From assembly GCA_030141605.1 (NCBI GenBank), contig JAQGDQ010000602.1, positions 67,461-131,460 of the forward strand: a stretch of 64,000 bases of DNA, written 5' to 3'. The translations under genes and the position numbers were made by a program. Shown here piece by piece: positions 1 through 12,000 of this stretch (position 1 is its first letter; each line of letters begins with the position of its first letter). This DNA comes from Tubiluchus corallicola (taxonomy: Eukaryota; Animalia; Priapulida). The notes below the pieces were generated by a model, which ran no database searches, was not told where the DNA came from, and saw nothing but the letters and a program-made list of their open reading frames with translations.

Positions 1-149
1 GGCGCTATCGACTGTCTAACTGCCGTTCGAGGATCGGACTGCTGAGCCACAGTCGACGCTGCAGCTCCATCAATGTGATCAATAACTGACTCTCTTGGCA
101 CACACTCCATTGTCCTCCGAGACAGGATGCCAGCAAGGATAGACGCTGT
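1..149 (-). CDS. Possible internal exon of a gene running off the left edge
   Basis: GC-richer than its flank. A minus-strand acceptor ctaacag| is followed by a stop-free frame TASILAGILSRRTMECVPRESVIDHIDGAAASTVAQQSDPRTAVRQSIA to the window edge. No recognisable domain. Confidence 0.3.
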
Positions 150-1237
150 CTGTTAGACACCAAAATTTTGGCTCATTTGCAGTTTAGGGTGATTTTTATA
201 TAAAAAACCTGATCTAGAAGTAACGAAAGCCCTAACATAACGAGGCTACCACATGTCCCCAAAGCACGAAAACTGCAGTCAAATCTATCCTAAATATTGC
301 TGCACTTTATAACGGAATTTGACAAAACTTGAAATACTTGTATGTAATTTGCTTAATTCTTTTTTGTTAAATAGAGATAAAGTTTATAGAGATATATACA
401 TCTTTATGAGATAAAGATCATAGCTGCTCTTTGTTGTTTGTCATTATGTTTATTATCAAAAAATGTTAAAAAAATGGACAACATGAGTTAAAATTATAAA
501 ACTTATTGTTTTCGCAATAGCAGCAGTAGTACATGATAATAAAATGTCAAATTTTATTATATTAGCAGTTACACAAAAGAATATTATTTAGCAAAAACTG
601 TAAGTGGAACACTAGTGCTTGCTTGACATTTTGGCGAATGTCGCGCCTTGTACCATATCGCAACGTGCTACGGCACTGTGTACTGCAAACAGCAGGGTAG
701 ATGTTACATGGCGTGGAGGTCTGTCATGGTGCTGCACTACACAGAAAGGCACTAACATGGTGCAAGCCGAGGCAGTAGGCGGGGATGTCGAGCATGTGCT
801 CACATCCCTTGTTGATTTGCCAAGTTCTTTTTGTAGTATGCGTATTTATGTGGGTGGAGCTGTAGTGTAGCGTTTATGTGGAGAAAAATTTTTTAAGCAG
901 GTGGACTCTATAGTCGATTCGCCAAAACAGAAAACTGCCATGGCAGCAAAACGCTGAGGACTTTCGGACGAAAGTTGAAATGTGGAAAAAAATCTGTCTA
1001 TTGCAGCTACTAGCTAACACAACAATCGAGTGATTACATTGTTTTGTTTGTTTACTTGTTGCGAGGTTGAACGATTGTCTTACCTTTGCATATGCACACT
1101 CTGAGGTACATAGCAAAGTGGTATGTAATGCGCAGTATACCTCTGCAGTACATGGCAGAGTAATATGTAGTGAGGCAGAATATCGTTCTGCGGTACATGG
1201 CGGTTTAATGCGCAAGAAGGTAGTGCACACAGTGCTG

Positions 1238-1440
1238 TGTTACAATGCAGGGCAATGTAAAAAATACCATAGATATGGTTTGCGTAGATCAAAGATCTTG
1301 GTGATTGCTTAGCAGTGTTCTGCATTCTAGACTGTCTTGCTGTTCTGATCTTCTTTGTTTAAGTTCCTAATTAGTTTAATAAATACTACTTTATTATGCA
1401 CGCGTTCGTCTGGTTGCTAATATTATTGTAGCGTGTAACA
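1238..1440 (+). mobile_element. Short LTR-like segment
   Basis: TGTTACA...TGTAACA inverted termini and an internal AATAAA. No target-site duplication is visible. Confidence 0.3.
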
Positions 1441-1968
1441 GGCAAGGCGGTACATAATGGTGGAAACACTGTGAGCTGATGAAGCACTTATGAGTTTATT
1501 TTATGAATTTTCTAAACTCTTTTCAGTAACAGTAAAGCAAGTGATACTACAGTGTGTAATGAGTTTATTTTATGAATTTATTAAAACTCACTTCAGTAAC
1601 AGTAAAACATACAGCAGCTGTAGAAAAAATACAAAGTTCTTTAAGGACAAACTTACAACTCTGAGCTAAAGAAGCATTACGAAGAATTTAACAGAGATAA
1701 GTAACAACAGACAGAGATGGAAGCTCTACGAGTTGAAAGTTTTTCTTTACTGGATCAACTCCAAACTCGTTGACCAAGCCGATGCATCTCATATTCGCTG
1801 ATACAAGAGAAGTTGTAGCTTTTCTCAGATATCTATGCGTTATTTAGAAAGCAGGATGTGACAGATTTAGAATGTATGCCAGGCAAAGCACATTTGCCGG
1901 GTTTAAAGGCCTTCACAATTTGCTGCACCAGTCTAAAATTTCATTCAAGTTATGACTTATGTTGTAAA

Positions 1969-4900
1969 CAAGGACTACTATACAACAGGACGTGCACGCT
2001 TAGATCTCTGATTCGGCTAGCGGAGGCGATCAATACTTGTATGAACGTAATCTATAAATAGTGCGCTTTAGAGAGTAGTGATCTTGGAAATTAAAGAATG
2101 GGTGGATCGGTAGATAGCGAGTATTATTTTTCATTTAATTGGTTCTTTACATTACGGGAGAAAAGTACCAATTGTTTATTTTATGTATCAAAGGAAATTA
2201 GTGTTCATTTTTACTTCTTAAATAGCGCACTACTTTAGGCGTAAGTGTGTTTTACCGGAAGTAGTGCTTTGTCATTGTTAATGTGTCATTGTTCAAAGTC
2301 AAGTGAAGCGTTGTTTTCGTGCTTGCGTTTGTTTCTTTGTGGATTATTTTCAAAATTTCTCGTGGATTTTATACATCTGTGCTCAGCAGCATGTCTAACA
2401 AGTGTGGTGTTGTGAAATGCAAAGGTAACTATGACACGGAGAACAAGTGTCGTGTGTTCAGACTGCCAAGAGATCATGTAGAAAAACAGAAATGGCTAAG
2501 TGTTCTTCCCCCACGCGAAGGCTTTGTTGTTGATCCAACGAAATTTTTCATTTGCGAAAAGCATTGGCCATCGGATACTCAAATGGTCCAAATTCCAGGT
2601 GGTCACACCAGGCCAGTGGATCCACCCAGTACTTTCAACGTTCCAACATCATGCTTTCCCACTCCAAAGCCACCACCTCGCCCTCCAAAAACTGAGGACC
2701 AGCAGCTGAATTATTTCTTTAAAAAGGATAAAATAACTTCTCTCAATGAATTCACTCCTGAGAAAGAGCTGCATAAGACGTATCAGAACCTCATTATATC
2801 TCGCACACAAGACAAATTTGTGTGCATGTTCATGGAAGAGGACCACAGTCAATGTTATATGTCAATTATTGTTCACAATAAGCCTACCTTGTGTTCCCCT
2901 CTTACTCTGTATGCTTTCAAAAACGGGATCAGTGTGCCATTAAGTAAAATCCTCAGTCCAAACAATGGGCTGCCCTCTTACTCACAATTTTTTGCGGTTG
3001 TGAATTCTGTTGTCAACCACATTCATCATGTTGATGATATTGTCAACAAAGTGACAAAGTCTCTTGAACTTGAACTAGCTCAAAATCGAGAACAATCTCC
3101 TAGTGTTAATGCTAAAGCCAAGAAGCTCAAATTTCTAACACGACAGCTTCGACTATTATGTGATAAGACTTTCACAGTGTCTAATTATTGCTTTGCAAGG
3201 TGCTAGGTAAAACATTTCAGAAAGTGAAAAGCTCTGAGCAGAAACACTGTATGCTATTGGTGGATGAAGTGAAAATACGCCCAACAGTGGCTTTTTCAGG
3301 GGGTGTGCTAAATGGCATGGCAAAAAATGAGCCAGACAGTAAAGCTACATCAATGCTATGTGTGATGGCTAAATGTCTACATGGTGGCCCCAGCGTGATG
3401 ATATCAGTGACCCCCGTTCACAAGCTGACTGCTGCATATCAATTCTCTGTCGTGAAGGAGGCTGCTACAGTGGTTGAGAATTCGGGAGGAACTGTTTTAG
3501 GGTCCATGACGGACAACCACAAGATCAACCAACAATACTGCAAATTGTTTACCAGACGAACAGACTGGGAGGCTGAACACCCCTGGAAAATACACGAGTG
3601 TGGTTCCTGTTGTATGATGCCGTCCACATTCTGAAATGTATCAGCAACAACTGGATCACGGAGAAATGTCAGAGATTATCGTTTGACAAGAAAACTGTTG
3701 GCTCATTTGCTGAAGTAAAAAGTCTTTACAAAGCTGAGAAAGACAATGTGCTGAAGTCAACACCTTTGACATATTCTGCAGTCTTCCCATCGAAACTTCA
3801 GCTCCAGAATGTGCAACATGTCCTGAGGGTGCTCAACGATCGTGTCGTTGCATCGCTGAGACTTCGAGGAGCCCAGGACACTGCAGAATTCATTCAGCAA
3901 GTGCTACGCTGGTGGAATGTGGTAAATGTTTCTGCCAGAGGTCAAGACACGAGGATGAGAGACCCTGATCGATCTGTTCAACAAGATACATCTGATACTC
4001 TTCAGTCGTTGTTGACTCTGTTTAAGCAAACCGAATCAGGACACGGACCAAATAGAATTGAATGCCTGACACATGATATGCGAAAAGCTTTGATTCAGAC
4101 CATGGAGGGACTCCTCGCTATCTGTAGGCACTTGTTTTCTGTTGGATTTCACTACGTATTATTGCGTGAACTTCAGAGTGACAGAATAGAGGGTGAGTTC
4201 TCAGTTTACAGGCAGTCAAGGGGGGCCAATGCATTCATGCAAGCTGGAGATGTCTGTTCAGCACTCAAGCGGAGACTGGTGCGTTTTTCTGCATCATTCC
4301 TGGAGTTTGTGGACACAGACACATCATCCGAAATCCAGTTGCACACATGCAATGGGATTGATTTCGAGGATGCCAAAATTATGGAGATTTGTGTTGACGA
4401 GACTCTTTCCAAAACTGAACTGAACGCGTGTGCATATGTCGCAGGTTAGTTGGAGAGTAAGTGCCAAAATGACATTTCTTTTCCCGAGGATGAGCCTCTC
4501 CTTTCTGAGGAAATGAAAATGTTCATTGAAGAAGTGTCTAGGGGAGGTCTTACAGTGCCCCACACATTCACGTTCGAATTCGTAGCAACTGGCTTGTGTT
4601 TTGTGAAGAAGTCAACTCACACAGTCTGCTGCTGCAACAAGCTCATGAACATCCTCTCCATAATCAATGCCTACTTTGATTTTGGAGAATTTTCAAGAAA
4701 TGCTCTGAGACGCCTGGCGAATGTACTGCTGCATGGACTACACAATTTGGAGAAGGATCACCAGCAGAACTCAGCCCTTTACCAGACCTCCATTAAGAAG
4801 GCGCGACTAGCCGACTAATTGTCGCAAATATCTCTGCAAAATGGTGAGTGCAATAATTTCATGTATTCTAATTTACACAGAGGAACCTATGAATGAGTTT

Positions 4901-5214
4901 ATATAGTCCTGACAAAATGGTGCAGTCTGTTTATTCTCTATAGAAAGTGACAGGTAATCATCGGGACACAATGAGTTGCAGATATGGTGTGTGTTTTTTT
5001 TGGGGGGGGGGGGGGGGATATCATAGGTACCACTGTTTTTAAATTACTAGATGAATGAGAAATATGTTCTATGTCACGTGTATTGTGGCATGCTATATGT
5101 CACCATGGGGGGTAAATATGTCCAAATTATTAGCACTAAATGTTAAAAATAGATCGCCTCCGCTAGCCGAATCAGAGATCTGACCGTGCACGTCCTGTTG
5201 TATAGTAGTCCTTG
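1969..5214 (+). mobile_element. P-element superfamily DNA transposon, both ends intact
   Basis: 63-bp TIRs (1969-2031 and 5152-5214, starting CAAGGACTACTATACAACAGGACGTGCACG, 2 mismatches). Perfect 8-bp TSD GTTGTAAA at 1961-1968 and 5215-5222. Encloses a THAP + DDE transposase. Confidence 0.95.
2391..4818 (+). pseudogene. THAP-domain P-element (THAP9-like) transposase, disrupted
   Basis: ATG at 2391. THAP C2CH signature (CGVVKC...FRLP...KWL...ICEKHW). RNase H-like motifs LLVDEVKI, MTDNH, YDAVHILK and LQSDRIEGEFSVYRQ, then YVAG. Frame changes near 3200 and 3590, and an in-frame TAG at 4447-4449 (probably TGG originally). Confidence 0.9.
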
Positions 5215-6008
5215 GTTGTAAAATATAATTAATGGTCAAGATCGTCCCAAATTTGACGAAAGGTGTTTACCTGTCTGGAGGGCAGATTTACATTTCTAGG
5301 AAAACTCTACTACATCTGTTGTAAACAATGATGCATCAACATTTATTAGAGTTCTACTCACTCCTATCTGCAGCGAACAGCATAAATTCATCTACTCCTA
5401 ACACTCGATAGGGTTAAAGTTGTTGACCAAGGCAATCTTCGTAAAGCTTTATGAAATTCAAGAAAAACATCTCTAGATAGCCCATATTGCCTGTTGCAGA
5501 GGCGGCAGAAACGTGAAAACATATAAACTATATGCAAACACTTCAAAACAGGAACTGAAACTGGAACAGGATGTAGGTAGGTAATTGTCCATAGGTGATA
5601 ATCATTATAACTTTGGTTATGTAGCTAAGTGTCTAGTGATTTCAAATACTTACATTTGTGCTGTAGCCTGGGTATAAAAGAACTTAGATAGTTGGGCGAG
5701 GTTAGCACTTCAGATTCAGTGATAATTAAAGATTCTACAATTTCTAATGCATCCATTATTTGATATGTATGTATTGTGTCACGTGTTTTGCCAGTGTACA
5801 GAAGCCTACAAAAATTATGAAATATAATACGCCGAGCTTAGTGAGAGCAGTTTTCATAAGCCCATGCAAAATGTAGCAAACACTTACAGTACTGAAGGCG
5901 TTTAAAATTGGTTTATAAATTAGAATAGCTTTTTCTGTCTTGACCACCAATTGACTGTTTTTCAGGAAACACCTTTGCTTTACAAGTTGCTAATGCCCGG
6001 CTATAACA

Positions 6009-9000
6009 ATGGTAAAATTACAGAGACTGGAAATCCATTTCTTGAACAGCAATCAGTCATCTCCGGTTTTTTATGCTGGGCAGATCGTGTCCGGACAAAT
6101 AGTTTTAGAGCTGAACAAACCAATGGAGATGCGAGGTAAATTGCAATCAGTTTTTGCTTTTCGTAATAATAATTACTTGCGCATCATTAAACTCATAAAC
6201 GTGCTTCAACTCGTTAGCATCAGTCATACTGATTATTAACTCTCTCTGACTCCATTCAATGTAACTATTAATATCTGAGGGATAAATTTTGTTAGCGTGT
6301 CACAAGATATGGGCAGTAAAACATGCTGTAATTCGATAACTTCTGCAAATTCTGTGACTTACTGGTACAAAAAAATTAAGTGACGTGTTAAAAATGGAGA
6401 ATATGTACTTGCATAACAAAATTGTCTACAAGTTGGCAATTAAGCTTTTCTAGTGATTTACGTATCGAATTTCCGAGGATCATTTTGATATCAAGCTCAT
6501 TGCTCTATGTTATTTCTAAGCTGAGATAATGTACATTGAAGTTGAGGTGCAGGCTGCACACTGAAAAATATAATCTTGAGAAAATTGCTGTAAAAGTCAG
6601 CCATTGTTTCTGTGACGTTTCCACGCAAGTTTGTTTAAATCCAGTAGATGGCTCTTCCTGGCAAAGATCTATGCTTGTCAAAAGAAAAAATCCAAAGCAA
6701 AATGACTGCTTTCATGAGTTACTATGGAAGTTTGGAAATATGAGTTTTTTACAATTGTATTACTAGTGTCTAGCCAGAAAAATGGGTATGGAATTATAAA
6801 ATCAGATTTTTAGTATTTTTTTACATTTTCTTGATAACTGTAAGCTAGAATATAAAAAGTCCAATATATTAGCATTTCTTTTTGTAAAAAAAAGCAAAAA
6901 ATTGAGATTTCACAAAATTTTTGATGTATTTTACTTTGAAGCATGATAACATAGTTTTAACTATGCCGACTTATGGGCGGTTTTGATTTGCAAGCACACA
7001 AATTGTAGTTTGTGATTTCAGCTATTCGTGTTACGTTTGACGGTTCGGCAAAAGTTCACTGGACCGAGACGAATGACGACTCTTCGGACTCGTATGACAG
7101 CAGTGAGAGCTACTTTCATGAAAAGATTACATTATTTGGCAGGCGTAAGTTTCCCCTGCAGGGCCAGCTTGCCCTCTCATTGTTTTGCCAAAATTTTAGC
7201 CACAGCCAAGTTTTTTGGTTGTTTTTAGGTTTTATTAACCACCATATAGTGAAAGTTTCATGCTTCATGTGAAAGGCTTCTGTTTCATGAAAAGCTTGTA
7301 CACAATAGGATCTGTGTTATTAAAGTGCTGGTCAGAAAAATGGCAGTTTATCTGTATCTGTGTTTTCACGTTGCAAAAGTGCGTTTTTAATTTGTGTTTT
7401 ACGTAAATTACTAAGGCCTATTGGCATATAAAAACGGTGCATAAAAAACAACGAACTTGATATAATGAAGCTATTGTTCTTAAACCAAGAAGATTTAAGC
7501 ATTTTGATGTTGATTCAAGTAATTTAGGTGTCACAGGTTTTGAATATGAAAGAGTATTGAGTTTTAACCCTTGCTTAAATATTTTTTGTGTAACCTTGTC
7601 AAATGTCAACTGCAAATGTTTTAGTAGGGACCTTTTTTCCAGATACCTTTGTTACATATGATTTTCATGTATTAAGTTATGGTATCATTTTTTACAAATT
7701 AGTTGGCAATGAACGACATCATTAATTAATAAGTAGATTATAACTGCAAATGCCAGAATGTTCTTAACAATTGTGGTTTATTTCACAACAATTGTGGTTT
7801 GTTTCGCAACAATTGTGGTTTGTTTTGCAACAATTATTACCCGTTGCAGATAACGAGTTAAAGAAAGATATGAGATGATGAAAAATTGTTGACTAGTCGC
7901 GATTTGAACCATAGACCTGGAATAAGTACTTCCTAGCTCTGGCAGCTGAGCTACTAGTCCAACATGACAGAGCAGCCATGAGATTTTCTGCTTGTATTAG
8001 AAGAATTTGATACCATGCTTATCCCCCTATTGTGGTTTGGTTACAGGTGGCGCTGTTGGATTCTGTGAAAATAATGGTAATATTTGTGAAATAAGCAACA
8101 GTGGTTTAAGAATGTTGTATCGTTTACTTTCATATACTAATTAACAAAATTAAATTATTGTTTTTGTCATTATCTAGAGGAAGGGGAGTCAGGTGATTAT
8201 GCCACGCTCGAGTCCGGACTGCACAGTTTTAAATTCCAATACACACTTCCCCAAGATTTACCCTCCAGTTTTGAAGGTGGTGACGGTTACGTCAGGTATA
8301 CTGTAAAAAGTGTAATCGACAGGTAATACAAGTAAAAACAACTAACAAAATTTAGTTAAAAACGACACAACTTTTTTAAAAACTTTTACATTAAAAAGTT
8401 AAAGTCATGCCAAATGTTTCAACAGACTACTGCTGTAATTATCAGAAGAAAAAACTTAAAAACATACAACCAGTTTATAAAGGCAGAACCTATTATGCAG
8501 TAATTAAGTATTTAACAGAAGCCAAATAGGTAATGAATAAACAGACCAGTAAAGAAATTGATACAGCAACTTAAGCACTAACTATCAATTTCTGTACTGG
8601 TCTGTTTATTCATTACTTATTTGGTTTCCGTTAATTACTTAATTAGTGCATAACAGGCTCTGCCTATATAAACTGGTTGTATGTTTGTAAATTTACCACT
8701 GATGATGACAGCAGCAGCTAGTCGAAACATTTGGCATGATTTTAAGTTTTAACTTTTAATAAAGTTGTGTTGTTTTTAACTATAAATTGTTTTATGTGCC
8801 TGAATTAAAATTAAGTAATAGTTTGTTGTTTTTTTACCACTAAAACTACTGATAACAAATGACTGTCGAGGATTTAGTTGTTATTATTTTGTTTCAGGCC
8901 ATGGAAATTCAATCACACCGTCAAATCTCCATTCACAGTGCTCAGTAATCTAGATCTAAACACAAGGCAGGATTGTGCAGTAAGTTGAACAATTGTGTCA

Positions 9001-12000
9001 GTCTGGGAGAGGTGTGCTGCCTGAGTCGAGGCAGAATTGTGCAGTAAGTTGAACAATTGTGTCAGTCTGGGAGAGGTGTGCTGCCTGAGTCGAGGCAGGA
9101 TTGTGCAGTAAGTTGAACAATTGTGTCAGTCTGGGAGAGGCGTGCTGCCTGAGTCGTTGCAGCGCTTGCCCGTCACTTTGTTACAACATCAGTCTGGGAG
9201 AGGCGTGCTGCCTGAGTCGTTGCAGCACTTGCCCGTCACTTTGTTGCAACATCAGTCTGGGAGAGGCGTGCTGCCTGAGTCGTTGCAGCGCTTGCCTGTC
9301 ACTTTGTTACAACATTTCGTTTATATATAAACATGTTTAGAAATTTCTGTTTTTGGCTAGAAAAATTTGCCTATCAAGTCTAATGGTTATGTACATTTAA
9401 TCATAGGCATTTATTATGATCTGAAAACCTCAGCTTGTATTTTCCAGATCGGTGCCGCTGCTTCTGAGCAGAAGTTTGTTTGCTGTTTATGTTGCAAATC
9501 TGGACCTCTCCACTGCAGGGTTAAAATACCCCAAACGGGATATGTTCCCGGACAACCGATTCCCATCACTGCTGAAATACAGAATGATACAAGTAGAAAT
9601 TGCAAGTACAGCCAAGCAGTCCTGAGAGCTGTAAGTTTAGAGTGCAGTAAGCTCACCTTAAAGAATTTCTCCTCTTTCTTGAGAGAGAAACAGAGGAAAG
9701 GAAGTAACGGATGCGCAAGTTGATTAAGAAAATAGTATGGAGAAGACTTCTATCAACGTAGCATAAACACTGTTTTATTTTTGATTTTCATTAAAGCATA
9801 TGTGAATCTATTTCAGACAACCAAGTTTAAAGCCACCACAAAGACAAAGGAGTGTACCAAAGAACTCTGTTCTCTGCGCAAGGGTGAGATACGTGGACAT
9901 TGTTACGAATTTTGGACAGGGGAGCTTTTGATTCCTCCCACACCCCCGTCGGAACTGATTCATTGTAGTATTATTGACGTTGACTACAGTCTCGATGTAA
10001 GTTGATTTAAAAACAATCTTTCAGTTTCCAATACAGTAAGTGCCATTTATTAGACTAGCTGTTAATAGATGCACTCACTTAACTGACTCATTGAAACATC
10101 TGGTGCAAGCCATTCCTATTCAAATGTATAGAAAAAGTGTTAATAATTGATTCAATTAACTCCACATAATTGGCTCAATGTTTTTCCTTCACGTACTTAA
10201 AATAAGATACTTGTGTGTGCCCAAAAAGCTTTTACTTTTGAAATGAAACAACCGACCGTGCATGATTTTTTGTAATTTTCAGTGGTCATAATCAGATTTG
10301 TGAGAATTTTTCATTTTCTTTTTTTATTAATTCACTTATACGCATTAGTATTCTCAGTTAATAATTGCACATGGAAATTTTGACATTAATTCATTTCTAT
10401 AGTTCATTTAAAGCTTTTGCTTTGCATAATAAGGTGATGACTCATACTCCTATGGTAGTAATATGCTACACCCTTAATTGAATTAGTCGGTTAATTAGAT
10501 CAAAACATTTCCATCGCAAAGTAAGTCTATTAAGTAGTGCCTACTGTACTTTGTGACTAGATGGGTTCAAATCTCGTGGTGGATAGTTTCTTTCGCCGTA
10601 CCGATTTTGGCTGTTTATCTTGTTCCTGGAGGATACATACCATCCGAACGTGACTAAAACACCTGCGGCCATTTTGTGGCTCGTCTTAGAGGGTTGTCTT
10701 TGATAATGAGCTAGGTTCCAATCTTGCCATAAGTATTAGTGTTTCGTATTGTAAATGTATTGATTGCTCAATTCCAGCTTGCATTGCATTAAATTATATT
10801 AAATAAATAAACAAATAATGGATTTTAAAGTTACACAATAACAGCATGAGTGAGAACAATAAAAATAGCGCGAAAAAGTGAAACGAGACTTAAGCAGTAA
10901 AACACAAGATTATATGTGTGCTTGCAAACCAAAACCGTCTATAAGTCGGTATAGTTAAAACTAAGTTACGATGCTTCAAACTAGAATGCATCAAAAAATT
11001 TGGTCCACTATCAATTTTTCGAATTTTGTAGAAACCAATACTAAATATATATTGGACTTTCATATTCTAGCATTAATTTATCAGGAAAGTGTTGAAAAAA
11101 CACCAAAAATTTAATTTTATAACTCCTTAACCCACTTTTCTGTCTAGAAACTAGTACTGCAATTGTAAAAAACTCTCATTTTCAAACTCTGGTTGTACCT
11201 TGTGGGAGCAGTCATTTTGCTTTGGGTTTTTTCTGTTAACAAACCCAAATTTCGTCAGGAGGAGCCATCTACTGGATTTGAACATAACTTCAACGTGTTC
11301 TTGCAAAGTCTGTAGCAACCACACTTTTGTATGGTTGCTAAGTGTTTTGTAGAAATGCGACAAAAAACAATGGCTGACTTTAACAGCTTTTTTCTCAAGG
11401 TTATGTTTTTCAGTGCATAGCCTGCACCTCAACTTCAACGTGGATTATCTCAGCTTAGAAATAACTTAGAACCATGAAATTGGTATCAAAATGATCCAAA
11501 TGAAATGGATATGTGAATAACTAGAAAAGTTTTGGACGATTTTACTATGCAAGCACGCATATATGAGATATTGCTCTGCTATGCAAGCACGCATATGAGA
11601 GACATTGCTTTGTGCTTGCAAGAAAAATTTGAAAGAAGTGATGTCACAATGTCAGTAGAGCAGTTTATAAGCTAATTGTAGCTGACATAATGTCGCAAAC
11701 AAAACTTCAAATTCCGCATTGGCTTGCTAACAGCCGTTTATTGTGTGAAAATTAAATAAAGCATTTTGCAAATACAGGCAGGATTACAAGATTATTATAA
11801 ATTAGGAACCGAATCAAAATATTTAATTATTTGAGTGGGAATTACAAAAATGTTCTAATTTGAAGAAAATTCTAAATGTAGAGATGCAAAGTAGAAAATG
11901 TTAAGCCAAATAGAAATAAACTTCCTTTATGCAATTTATGAATAATGAACGTATTGCACTTAACCTATATTGGCCAGCTTTCGCTTTTAAATCTTACAAG

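Noticed and set aside
612-1325. Cluster of short overlapping ORFs
   Set aside because: No domain similarity. Part of it is explained by a degenerate about 42-bp repeat at about 1100-1230.
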